A stretch of 64,000 nucleotides of DNA from Candidatus Woesearchaeota archaeon (GTDB lineage: Archaea; Nanobdellota; Nanobdellia; Woesearchaeales; JAHWIC01), in the NCBI GenBank assembly GCA_019322805.1, contig JAHWIC010000001.1, positions 132,150 to 196,149 of the forward strand. Reading direction: 5' to 3'. This document shows, in pieces, positions 56,595 through 64,000 of the stretch. Below the pieces are notes generated by a model that was not told the DNA's origin, searched no databases, and saw only the letters and a list, made by a program, of their open reading frames with translations. Every line of letters begins with the position of its first letter. Position 1 is the stretch's first letter. The position numbers were made by a program, and so were the translations under genes.

Positions 56595-58154
56595 ATGATA
56601 GGCTTATCTACAACCTTAAGGTATTACAAAAGAGAGGACATACAGAACGAAATAGTCAGAAATGCAAAAGACAGAGAAGTCGCAGTTAAGTTTGGAGATA
56701 AAGGCTTTGGAAAAAGGCCAGACATCTTAAATTATCCTGCTGATATCCTAGAGCTTACAAAACAAGGTGCTACCTCCTTTCATGCTTCTGAAGAGCTTTG
56801 GAGTAATCCACTAAGGCTTGACCCGAATATGAGGAAAAAGGATATTGAAGAATTAAGAATTGGCTGGGATTTGGTTATTGATATTGACTGCCCTATTTGG
56901 GATATATCAAAGATAACTGCGTGGTTGATTATAAAAGCGTTAAAAGCTCAGGGTATTACATCAATTTCAGTAAAATTTTCTGGGAATAAAGGTTTCCATA
57001 TAGGAGTTCCATTTGAGGTTTTTCCTAAAAGGGTAGGAAATGAAGAAATAAAGAGCAGGTTTCCAGAGGCTACAAGAAAAATTGCTATGTATTTGTTAGA
57101 TTTCGTTGGTAGGGAATATACTAAAGTTGAGTCTGGTAAGATAATATTTGGAAATAGGTTTAAGGTCGCTGTAGATAAATTAAGCAAACTTGTAGGAAAA
57201 AATTTTGATGAATTGACCTATCTGATATGTAAAAATTGTAAGAAAAAAGTTGAAAGAAAAGAGGAAAAACATGAAGAAACTGTTGTGAGCAGTGATGATA
57301 TAGACTTTATGAATGAAGTATCATACGAAGGAAAACTCAAAAAAGGTTCTTTCAAAAAGAAATCATGTGGTTGTAACAAGCCTGATTACGAAAGTAAATT
57401 TAATCCTTTATCTGTAATAGACGTAGATACAATTTTAATTTCTTCGAGACATCTTTACAGAATGCCATATTCATTGCATGAAAAGTCAAAGTTGGTATCT
57501 ACACCATTCAATCCTGAAAAGGTTATGGACTTCAAAAAAGAGTTCGCCGAGCCAGATAATGTAAAGATATCCAGATTTAGGTTTCTTGACAAAGAAAATG
57601 TAAAGGCTGGTGAGGGGCTGCAATTACTTGATAGGGCTCTTACCTTTGGTTTAGAAGAAGAAAAAGAAGAAGTGCAGATAAAGAAAGAATATGAAATGCC
57701 AAAATCGGCTTTACCGATAGATTATTTCCCGCCATGTATTAAAAAAATCCTGAATGGCCTGGAAGATGGAAGAAAAAGATCACTATTCACCTTAGTAAAT
57801 TTCCTAACGTGCGTTGGCTGGGACCATGACAAGATTGAAAAGCTCTTAAGAGAGTGGAACAAGAAAAACCAAGAGCCATTAAGAGAGGTGTTATTGGTGG
57901 GCCAATTAAGATACCACAAGCAGCAGAAAAAGAGAATCTTGCCTCCAAACTGCGCAAATAAGATGTATTACCAGGACATAGGTTGCTGTATACCTGATAA
58001 TCTATGCCAAAAGATAAAAAATCCTGTTAATTATGCCCGAAGAAAGGTTGGGGTAAGAGAAAAAGCAGAAAAACCAAAGAGACGGCAACTAACAGAAGAA
58101 CAGAAAGAAATGCGTAGAAAGTACAGAGAAAAGCTAAAAAAAGAGGATAAATAG
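56595..58154 (+). CDS. priS: DNA primase: PriS catalytic domain fused to a C-terminal PriL-CTD-like four-cysteine domain.
   Basis: 519 aa. Archaeo-eukaryotic primase motifs LVIDIDCP (DxD) and SGNKGFHIGVPF, plus a C-terminal 170 aa with C...C...CC...C (CVGW...CANK...GCCIPDNLC). Confidence 0.65.
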   Translation: MIGLSTTLRYYKREDIQNEIVRNAKDREVAVKFGDKGFGKRPDILNYPADILELTKQGATSFHASEELWSNPLRLDPNMRKKDIEELRIGWDLVIDIDCPIWDISKITAWLIIKALKAQGITSISVKFSGNKGFHIGVPFEVFPKRVGNEEIKSRFPEATRKIAMYLLDFVGREYTKVESGKIIFGNRFKVAVDKLSKLVGKNFDELTYLICKNCKKKVERKEEKHEETVVSSDDIDFMNEVSYEGKLKKGSFKKKSCGCNKPDYESKFNPLSVIDVDTILISSRHLYRMPYSLHEKSKLVSTPFNPEKVMDFKKEFAEPDNVKISRFRFLDKENVKAGEGLQLLDRALTFGLEEEKEEVQIKKEYEMPKSALPIDYFPPCIKKILNGLEDGRKRSLFTLVNFLTCVGWDHDKIEKLLREWNKKNQEPLREVLLVGQLRYHKQQKKRILPPNCANKMYYQDIGCCIPDNLCQKIKNPVNYARRKVGVREKAEKPKRRQLTEEQKEMRRKYREKLKKEDK

Positions 58155-58381
58155 GGCAAAAAACAATAATCTTTATAAAGGGTCATTTATTCCACAGCAT
58201 GTCAGTATTTAAATTGAATTTAAATACAAAATAAGTGTAAGATTGAGCCTGAAAAGAAGTCTTTTCAGTACAAAGTTACTGGGTTCTATATAAGGCTTCA
58301 ATAAAAGGCTGTTTCACTTCAAGTTATCAGTAAGGTTTACTTATCTAATTTTGAGGTGAAGAAAGCAACACATAAACACAA

Positions 58382-59356
58382 ATGCCAAAAACAAGAAGAC
58401 CACATTACGGAAGTCTGCAGTTTTGGCCTAGAAAGAGGGCCAAACGAATTTATGCTAGAGTAAGGTCTAAGATTTCTTCAAAAGAGGCTAAGCCACTAGA
58501 ATTTGCTGGTTATAAGGTGGGTATGACACACTTAGCAGTTACTGACAACAGACCAAAATCAACAACTAAGGGAGAAGAAATCATCTATCCCGTAACAATC
58601 ATTGAGTGTCCGCCAATAAAGACTTCTTCAATAAGATTCTACAAAAATACAACTGCTGGTTCAAAACTTTGTTCTGAGGTTTTTTCTGAAAAACTTGATA
58701 AGGAGCTTGAGAGAAAACTAAGAGTAAAGAGTGTCAAAAAGAAGGTTGATGATGTAAAAGATTTTGATGATATAAAAGTTAGCGTACATACGAACCCAAA
58801 ATTAACTACGATTGGAAAAAAGAAGCCAGAATTCTTTGAAATCTGCATCGGCGGCTCAAAAGAAGACAAGCTGAAATGGGCTAAGGAAAATCTAGGCAAA
58901 GAAATAAACATTAATGATGTTTTTCAGGGAGGCCAACAGATTGATGTTCATGCTGTAACAAAAGGAAAAGGGTACCAAGGCCCAGTAAAAAGGTTTGGTA
59001 TCGGTCTAAAGCATCATAAGTCGGAAAAGGGTGTAAGGCGTGTTGGCAGCCTAGGTGGCTGGAAGGCCCAAGGGCATTTTATGTGGAAGGTTGCTCATGC
59101 AGGGCAAATGGGCTATCATCAAAGAACAGAATATAACAAGTGGATCCTTAAAATAGGAACAAAACCAGAGGAGATAAACACAAAGAGCGGATTTGTAAGA
59201 TACGGCCTCATTAAAAATCCATATATAATTGTTAAGGGTTCTATTCTAGGACCGTCTAAAAGGCTTATCAGGTTTAATTCTGCTATAAGGGGCAATAGAT
59301 TAGTGCCAAAAGAAGCTCCTTCAATCACCTACATAAATCTCGACCTAAAGAAGTAA
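58382..59356 (+). CDS. rpl3: 50S ribosomal protein L3 (uL3).
   Basis: 324 aa, HGSLQFWPRKRA... start of the conserved L3-L4-L23-L2 operon. Confidence 0.9.
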   Translation: MPKTRRPHYGSLQFWPRKRAKRIYARVRSKISSKEAKPLEFAGYKVGMTHLAVTDNRPKSTTKGEEIIYPVTIIECPPIKTSSIRFYKNTTAGSKLCSEVFSEKLDKELERKLRVKSVKKKVDDVKDFDDIKVSVHTNPKLTTIGKKKPEFFEICIGGSKEDKLKWAKENLGKEININDVFQGGQQIDVHAVTKGKGYQGPVKRFGIGLKHHKSEKGVRRVGSLGGWKAQGHFMWKVAHAGQMGYHQRTEYNKWILKIGTKPEEINTKSGFVRYGLIKNPYIIVKGSILGPSKRLIRFNSAIRGNRLVPKEAPSITYINLDLKK

Positions 59357-59466
59357 AATGGACTTAAAAATACAAAGCATTTTTGGTCCGCTGAGCAATC
59401 GAAGATTGCTGGCGTCCCAGAAATGCATAGCATTTCTAAGGACATTACAAATCCAGAGGATTTGAA

Positions 59467-60273
59467 ATGAAAGTAAGCGTAATATCAGCATCAAAGGAAA
59501 AGAAAAAGGAAATTGAATTACCCAGTCAGTTTAATGAAGAGGTAAGAGCAGATATAATTTTAAGGGCTGTACTAGCTATTCAAAGTAATAGAAGGCAAAG
59601 ATATGGAGCATCGCCGGAAGCTGGTAAGAGAGCTTCCGCAGTAATCTCCAGAAGAAGGCATGATTATCGTGGTGCATATGGCCATGGTATCTCAAGAGTT
59701 CCAAGAAAGATCCTAACTAGAAGAGGAACAAGAATGTACTGGGTTGGTGCGTTTGCGCCAGGAACTGTTGGCGGCAGAAGAGCGCATCCTCCAAAGGCTT
59801 CAAAGGTTTATTCACAAAAGATAAACAAGAAAGAGCGAAGAAAGGCTATAAGAAGTGCTATTGCTGCTTCGATTATAAAAGAATTGGTTGAGCAAAGAGG
59901 GCATAAAGTTCCTAATGATTATCCTTTTGTGTTAGAATCAAAGATTGAAGATATAAAGAAAACAAAAGATATCAAGAGCACTCTGGAAAAGATTGGGCTA
60001 AAAGAAGAATTGAAAAGAGCCTCAATTAAAACCATAAGGGCTGGAAAAGGAAAATCCCGTGGCAGAAAATATAAAAAAAGAGCTGGACCATTACTTGTTG
60101 TTTCAAAAGAATGCAGCTTAATGAGTTCTGCAAGTAATATTCCTGGTATTAACATTGTTGAAGTAAAAAACATCAATGCAGAGCTATTAGCCCCCGGAGC
60201 TGTTCCAGGCAGATTAACCCTTTGGAGTGAGGCTGCTATAGAAAAACTAGGCAAGGAAAAGCTGTTTATGTGA
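59467..60273 (+). CDS. rpl4: 50S ribosomal protein L4 (uL4).
   Basis: 268 aa in the conserved position after L3. Confidence 0.9.
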   Translation: MKVSVISASKEKKKEIELPSQFNEEVRADIILRAVLAIQSNRRQRYGASPEAGKRASAVISRRRHDYRGAYGHGISRVPRKILTRRGTRMYWVGAFAPGTVGGRRAHPPKASKVYSQKINKKERRKAIRSAIAASIIKELVEQRGHKVPNDYPFVLESKIEDIKKTKDIKSTLEKIGLKEELKRASIKTIRAGKGKSRGRKYKKRAGPLLVVSKECSLMSSASNIPGINIVEVKNINAELLAPGAVPGRLTLWSEAAIEKLGKEKLFM

Positions 60274-60539
60274 TCAAAATGGAACCTTATGACGTTATCA
60301 AATATCCATTATCAACTGAGAAGTCAATAAGATTGATGGAGTCGGAGAATAAGCTTATCTTTGTAGTTGATAAGAGTGCAAAAAAGAAAGAAATCAAGGA
60401 AGCAATAGAAAAAGCATTTAAGGTAAAGGTTGACACGGTGAACACATTCATTGACATAAAGGGCAGGAAAAAAGCATACATCAAATTTTCAAAAGAAACT
60501 CCTGCAATTGATATAGCTACTCAATTAGGATTGATGTAA
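60270..60539 (+). CDS. rpl23: 50S ribosomal protein L23 (uL23).
   Basis: 89 aa, overlapping stop/start with L4. Confidence 0.85.
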   Translation: MIKMEPYDVIKYPLSTEKSIRLMESENKLIFVVDKSAKKKEIKEAIEKAFKVKVDTVNTFIDIKGRKKAYIKFSKETPAIDIATQLGLM

Positions 60540-60540
60540 A

Positions 60541-61254
60541 ATGGGTAAGAATCTAGTTCAGCAAGCAAGAGGGAAAGGAAGCCCGACATACAAATCACCT
60601 AGTTTTAGGTATAAAGGAGCTGCAAAGCACATACCAATCTACGATAAGGATATGAAGGGAGAGATTATAGACTTGGTGCATTGCCAGGGTCATTCCGCAC
60701 CTTTGGCTGTTATAATGTACGGCAAAGAAAAATGTATTATACAAGCGCCTGAAGGGGTAAGGGTTGGTGATGTTATTGAAGCTGGTAATGATGTAAAACC
60801 AAAGGTAGGCAATACCTTGCCTTTAAGCAATGTACCAGAAGGAACACAGATTTATAACATAGAAAACAGCCCAGGCGATGGTGGTAAATTTTGCCGCTCC
60901 TCAGGATCATTTGCTAAGATAATAACAAAATTGCCTACCGGGATTTCAGTTTTGCTGCCATCAGGAAAAAGAAAATTATTCAGGCATGACTGCAGGGCAA
61001 CGATTGGTGTAGTTGCAGGCAGTGGCAGAACAGAGAAACCATTCTTAAAAGCAGGAAAGATGTATCATAAGATGAGAGCCAAAAACAAACTGTGGCCTAT
61101 AACCTCAGGAACCTCAATGAATGCTGTTGACCATCCTTTTGGAAGCGGAGGTTCATCAACTAAAGGAAGGCCAACACAAGCATCAAGAAATGCTCCACCA
61201 GGAAGAAAGGTTGGAAAGATTGCTCCAAGAATAACTGGCAAGAGGAAGAAGTAA
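60541..61254 (+). CDS. rpl2: 50S ribosomal protein L2 (uL2).
   Basis: 237 aa, conserved GSGGSSTKGRPTQ C-terminus. Confidence 0.9.
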   Translation: MGKNLVQQARGKGSPTYKSPSFRYKGAAKHIPIYDKDMKGEIIDLVHCQGHSAPLAVIMYGKEKCIIQAPEGVRVGDVIEAGNDVKPKVGNTLPLSNVPEGTQIYNIENSPGDGGKFCRSSGSFAKIITKLPTGISVLLPSGKRKLFRHDCRATIGVVAGSGRTEKPFLKAGKMYHKMRAKNKLWPITSGTSMNAVDHPFGSGGSSTKGRPTQASRNAPPGRKVGKIAPRITGKRKK

Positions 61255-61293
61255 AAACCCCAGAGGGGTGCCAAAAACCGGAGGTTTTTAAGC

Positions 61294-61677
61294 ATGGCTA
61301 AGAAAGAATTTACCTACAGAGGAAAGACATCGGATGAGTTAAAAACAATGAGTATGAATGATTTTGCTATTTTGCTTCCTGCTAGACAAAGAAGGTGCAT
61401 AAAGAGGGGGTTTAGTGACCAAGAAAAGACCTTGCTCAACAACATCAAAAAAGGAGCGAAGGATATCAAAACACACTGCAGGAATATGGTTGTCTTGCCA
61501 ATAATGGTAGGAACCACCCTAAGGGTATACAATGGAAAAGAATTTGTCCAGATAGTTATTCAACCAGAGATGCTTGGCCATTATTTGGGTGAGTTTGCGC
61601 TTACAAGGAAAAGGATAGAACACTCTGCTCCAGGTATTGGTGCTACAAGATCAAGTGCGAGTTTATCAGTGAAATAA
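61294..61677 (+). CDS. rps19: 30S ribosomal protein S19 (uS19).
   Basis: 127 aa, [12 protein letters not shown] motif. Confidence 0.9.
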   Translation: MAKKEFTYRGKTSDELKTMSMNDFAILLPARQRRCIKRGFSDQEKTLLNNIKKGAKDIKTHCRNMVVLPIMVGTTLRVYNGKEFVQIVIQPEMLGHYLGEFALTRKRIEHSAPGIGATRSSASLSVK

Positions 61678-61678
61678 A

Positions 61679-62284
61679 ATGCCTTACAAATATGCTAATA
61701 AGAAGTATGAACCAGAACACATGGCTAAGGCAGTTGGTACTTCATTATCAATATCCACAAAACATGCGATAGAGATATGCACCTTACTAAGATGCAAAGA
61801 GCTTTCATATGCAAAGGAATTGTTGAAGAAAGCCATAGAAAAAAAACAAGCCATACCATTTACAAGATTTAACAAGGATGTCGGCCACAAGCCAGGCATA
61901 GGGCCTGGAAGATACCCAAAAAAAGCGTCAGGAGAGATACTCAAATTATTGGAATGTGTAGAAGCAAATGCTCAGTTCAAGGGTCTTAACACATCAGAGC
62001 TGGTAATAAATCATATTTGTGCACATAAAGCAGGAAAAGCAATGCGTTATGGCAGGCAGCGTGGCAGAACCTCAAAAAGGACTCATGTTGAAGTGATGGT
62101 AAAAGAAACTGCTAAGAAAAAGGCTGAAGAAAAAGGCAAGGAAGCGAAACCAAAGGAGACTAAAAAGGCTGAAAAAAAACCTACTGAGAAGCCAAAGGAA
62201 GTAAAAAAGCCTGAAGTACCAAATGAAGCCAAGCCAGAAAAGAGAAAAGAGGAAGCAAAGCCAAAACAAGAGGATAAAAAATGA
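61679..62284 (+). CDS. rpl22: 50S ribosomal protein L22 (uL22) with a Lys/Glu-rich C-terminal extension.
   Basis: 201 aa. The L22 core is followed by KKAEEKGKEAKPKETKKAEKKPTEKPKEVKKPE... Confidence 0.85.
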   Translation: MPYKYANKKYEPEHMAKAVGTSLSISTKHAIEICTLLRCKELSYAKELLKKAIEKKQAIPFTRFNKDVGHKPGIGPGRYPKKASGEILKLLECVEANAQFKGLNTSELVINHICAHKAGKAMRYGRQRGRTSKRTHVEVMVKETAKKKAEEKGKEAKPKETKKAEKKPTEKPKEVKKPEVPNEAKPEKRKEEAKPKQEDKK

Positions 62285-63036
62285 TCGAGAGAAAGTTCGT
62301 TGCGCAGAAGATTAAGGAATTTCAGATAGAGGAATTTGTTAATCAGAATTTAAGTAATGTTGGCCATAGCCATACAAAGATGCTGAAGACTCCTCTAGGA
62401 GAGAAGATAGTTATCTATGCTTCAAGACCTGGCTTAGTAATCGGAAGAAAAGGCCAGAATATAAGGCAGTTGACAAAGACCTTAAAAAAGAAATTTAACT
62501 TAGAGAATCCGCAGATAGAGATAAGTGAAATTGAGAATATAAATCTAGATGCGCAAGTAATGGCTGAAAGGATTGTTGATTCATTAGAAAGGTTTGGAAC
62601 ACAGAAATTCAAAGGCATTGGTCATAGGGTAATGAGTGATGTGATGGGTGCTGGCGCTTTAGGTATTGAGATACTGATATCAGGAAAGGTTCCAAGCTCA
62701 AGAGCAAAATCATGGAGGTTTTACTCTGGCTATTTAAAAAAATGTGGAGATATAGCTTTAGTTGGTGTTAACAAAGCATATGCTACAGCCCAATTAAAAA
62801 CTGGGGTTATAGGAATAAAATTATCCATTATGCCTCCTGACATAAAGCTTCCTGATGATATTCACCTTATTGAAGAAAAAGAAGAGGTCATTGAAGAGGT
62901 AAAAGAAGGTAGCGAGACAACAAAAGAAGGGAAACTCAAGAAAGGTGAGGAAAAAGAGACAAAAGAAGCAGAGGAAAAAGAAACTGAAGGTAAAGAAACG
63001 AAGAAGGAAGTAAAGGGAGAAGAAAAGAAGGAGTAA
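62281..63036 (+). CDS. rps3: 30S ribosomal protein S3 (uS3) with a Lys/Glu-rich C-terminal extension.
   Basis: 251 aa, KH domain region (GLVIGRKGQNIRQL). Confidence 0.9.
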   Translation: MIERKFVAQKIKEFQIEEFVNQNLSNVGHSHTKMLKTPLGEKIVIYASRPGLVIGRKGQNIRQLTKTLKKKFNLENPQIEISEIENINLDAQVMAERIVDSLERFGTQKFKGIGHRVMSDVMGAGALGIEILISGKVPSSRAKSWRFYSGYLKKCGDIALVGVNKAYATAQLKTGVIGIKLSIMPPDIKLPDDIHLIEEKEEVIEEVKEGSETTKEGKLKKGEEKETKEAEEKETEGKETKKEVKGEEKKE

Positions 63037-63037
63037 A

Positions 63038-63241
63038 ATGAAGCTTAGAGTCAAAGAAATGAAATCAATGGCTGTTGAGGATTTGAAAACCAGATTAGAA
63101 GAGCTTAGAAAGGATTTGGTTAAACAGAATGCCCAGATTGCAACCGGGACAACTCCAAAGAGTCCTGGGCAAATAAAACAGATGAAAAAAACAATTGCAA
63201 GAATATTAACGGTTATGAAAAACAAGGAGAGTAAGCAATGA
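63038..63241 (+). CDS. rpl29: 50S ribosomal protein L29 (uL29).
   Basis: 67 aa helical protein in the conserved position. Confidence 0.85.
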   Translation: MKLRVKEMKSMAVEDLKTRLEELRKDLVKQNAQIATGTTPKSPGQIKQMKKTIARILTVMKNKESKQ

Positions 63242-63546
63242 GTGAGATTTGCACTACGTGCGGACTGCCAAAAGAGCTTTGTGTTTGTGAAACAATAGCA
63301 AAAGAAAGTCAGCGTATAAGTGTATACATAGATAAGAAAAAATTCGGAAAAGTCTACACAGTGATTGAAGGAATAGACAGCAAGGAAATTGACATGAAGG
63401 AGCTGACAAAAAAACTCAAAAGCAAATTTGCATGCGGCGGTACTGCTAAGGAAGGCAAAATAGAGCTACAAGGTGACCACAAGCAAAAAGTGAAAGATGT
63501 TTTGATCGAATCTGGCTTTTCGCCAGATAGCATCGACATAAAGTAG
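63238..63546 (+). CDS. sui1: Translation initiation factor SUI1 (aSUI1/eIF1 homolog).
   Basis: 102 aa, conserved position between L29 and the RNase P protein, SUI1 fold signature ([14 protein letters not shown]). Confidence 0.8.
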   Translation: MSEICTTCGLPKELCVCETIAKESQRISVYIDKKKFGKVYTVIEGIDSKEIDMKELTKKLKSKFACGGTAKEGKIELQGDHKQKVKDVLIESGFSPDSIDIK

Positions 63547-63547
63547 G

Positions 63548-63781
63548 ATGGATAAATCAGCTTTATTGAAAAGCGAACTCATTGGGCTCAAAGTAAAGGT
63601 ACTGGGAACAAGAATAGAAGGAGGGATAGTTGACGAAACGAAAAATATGCTCATAATCGAGCACAAAGGCCGGAAAAAGAGGATAATAAAGAGTAACAAT
63701 GTGTTCGAATTCAAAGGAATAAAGATTGATGGAAAATCATTGATTGGAAGATCAGAGGAGAGGATAAAGAAAACATGGTAA
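63548..63781 (+). CDS. rnp1: RNase P protein component 1 (Rpp29/Pop4 homolog).
   Basis: 77 aa, LIGLKVKVLGTRIEGGIVDETKNMLIIE Sm-like barrel, conserved position before S17. Confidence 0.75.
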   Translation: MDKSALLKSELIGLKVKVLGTRIEGGIVDETKNMLIIEHKGRKKRIIKSNNVFEFKGIKIDGKSLIGRSEERIKKTW

Positions 63782-63783
63782 AA

Positions 63784-64000
63784 ATGGCTGAAAGAAAATG
63801 TGATGATAAAAATTGCCCAATTCATGGTAGCTTGAAGTGTAGAGGCATGGGCTTTGTTGGTACTATCATATCCACAAAGATGCACCGAACTGCTATTTTG
63901 GAATGGGAATGGAAACATTTCCTGCCAAAATATGAAAGATACGAAAAAAGAAGAACAAGGATCAAGGTGCATAATCCTGCATGCATAGATGCAAAAGACG
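63784..64000 (+). CDS. rps17: 30S ribosomal protein S17 (uS17), partial (3' end beyond the window).
   Basis: MAERKCDDKNCPIHGSLKCRGMGFVGTIISTKMHRTAILEWEW... is open to the window end. Not in the ORF track because it is truncated. Confidence 0.8.
   Translation, partial: MAERKCDDKNCPIHGSLKCRGMGFVGTIISTKMHRTAILEWEWKHFLPKYERYEKRRTRIKVHNPACIDAKD

Noticed and set aside
1-64000. CRISPR arrays, IS elements with terminal inverted repeats, integrase or transposase genes.
   Set aside because: I found no regularly spaced direct repeats and no DDE or tyrosine-recombinase-like ORFs in this window. The only repeats are the three intergenic copies and the 55-nt tRNA fragment duplicate.

Overview
This 64-kb window reads as a low-GC archaeal chromosome segment with a DPANN- or Nanoarchaeota-like character, inferred from a predicted fused PriS-PriL primase, K/E/P-rich tails on many proteins and intron-disrupted tRNAs. 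A large minus-strand branched-chain amino acid block (ilvE, ilvD, ilvC, leuB, leuD, leuC, ilvN, ilvB, leuA) spans about 5.1-19.5 kb, followed by leuS. Two ribosomal/RNA-polymerase operons are present: rpoN-S9-L13-L18e / rpoD-S11-S4-S13 on the minus strand, and L3-L4-L23-L2-S19-L22-S3-L29-SUI1-Rpp29-S17 on the plus strand at the 3' end. Other recognisable genes include gyrA, scpA/scpB, PCNA, RNase J, Hef, HtpX, a MinD/ParA-like ATPase, a presenilin-like protease, NAC and Sec61beta. The supplied ORF track omits several things I read directly from the sequence: an SRP RNA and an RNase P RNA; three tRNA genes that are all interrupted, two of them tRNA-Leu with introns in the D-loop plus a second intron; a truncated trpE-like gene at the left edge; a truncated S17 gene at the right edge; and two small CPxCG zinc-ribbon ORFs. 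The most interesting unexplained structures are (i) the multi-intron tRNA-Leu genes with a duplicated tRNA 3' segment, (ii) a roughly 100-190 bp intergenic repeat family (3 copies) combining a GCACAA-N4-TTGTGC hairpin/T-run, an A/T-rich box and a quasi-palindromic ACATACAnTGTGTGTAT motif that also sits upstream of tRNA promoters, (iii) three tandem genes at 40038-41401 sharing a novel about 65-aa domain, the first with a poly-proline N-terminus, next to a secreted lamin-tail-domain protein, (iv) several compositionally atypical arginine-rich orphan ORFs inserted singly next to RNA genes, and (v) a GC-rich 450-bp noncoding block at 47.9-48.35 kb that I could not assign. All calls are from reading the sequence by eye; no searches were run.
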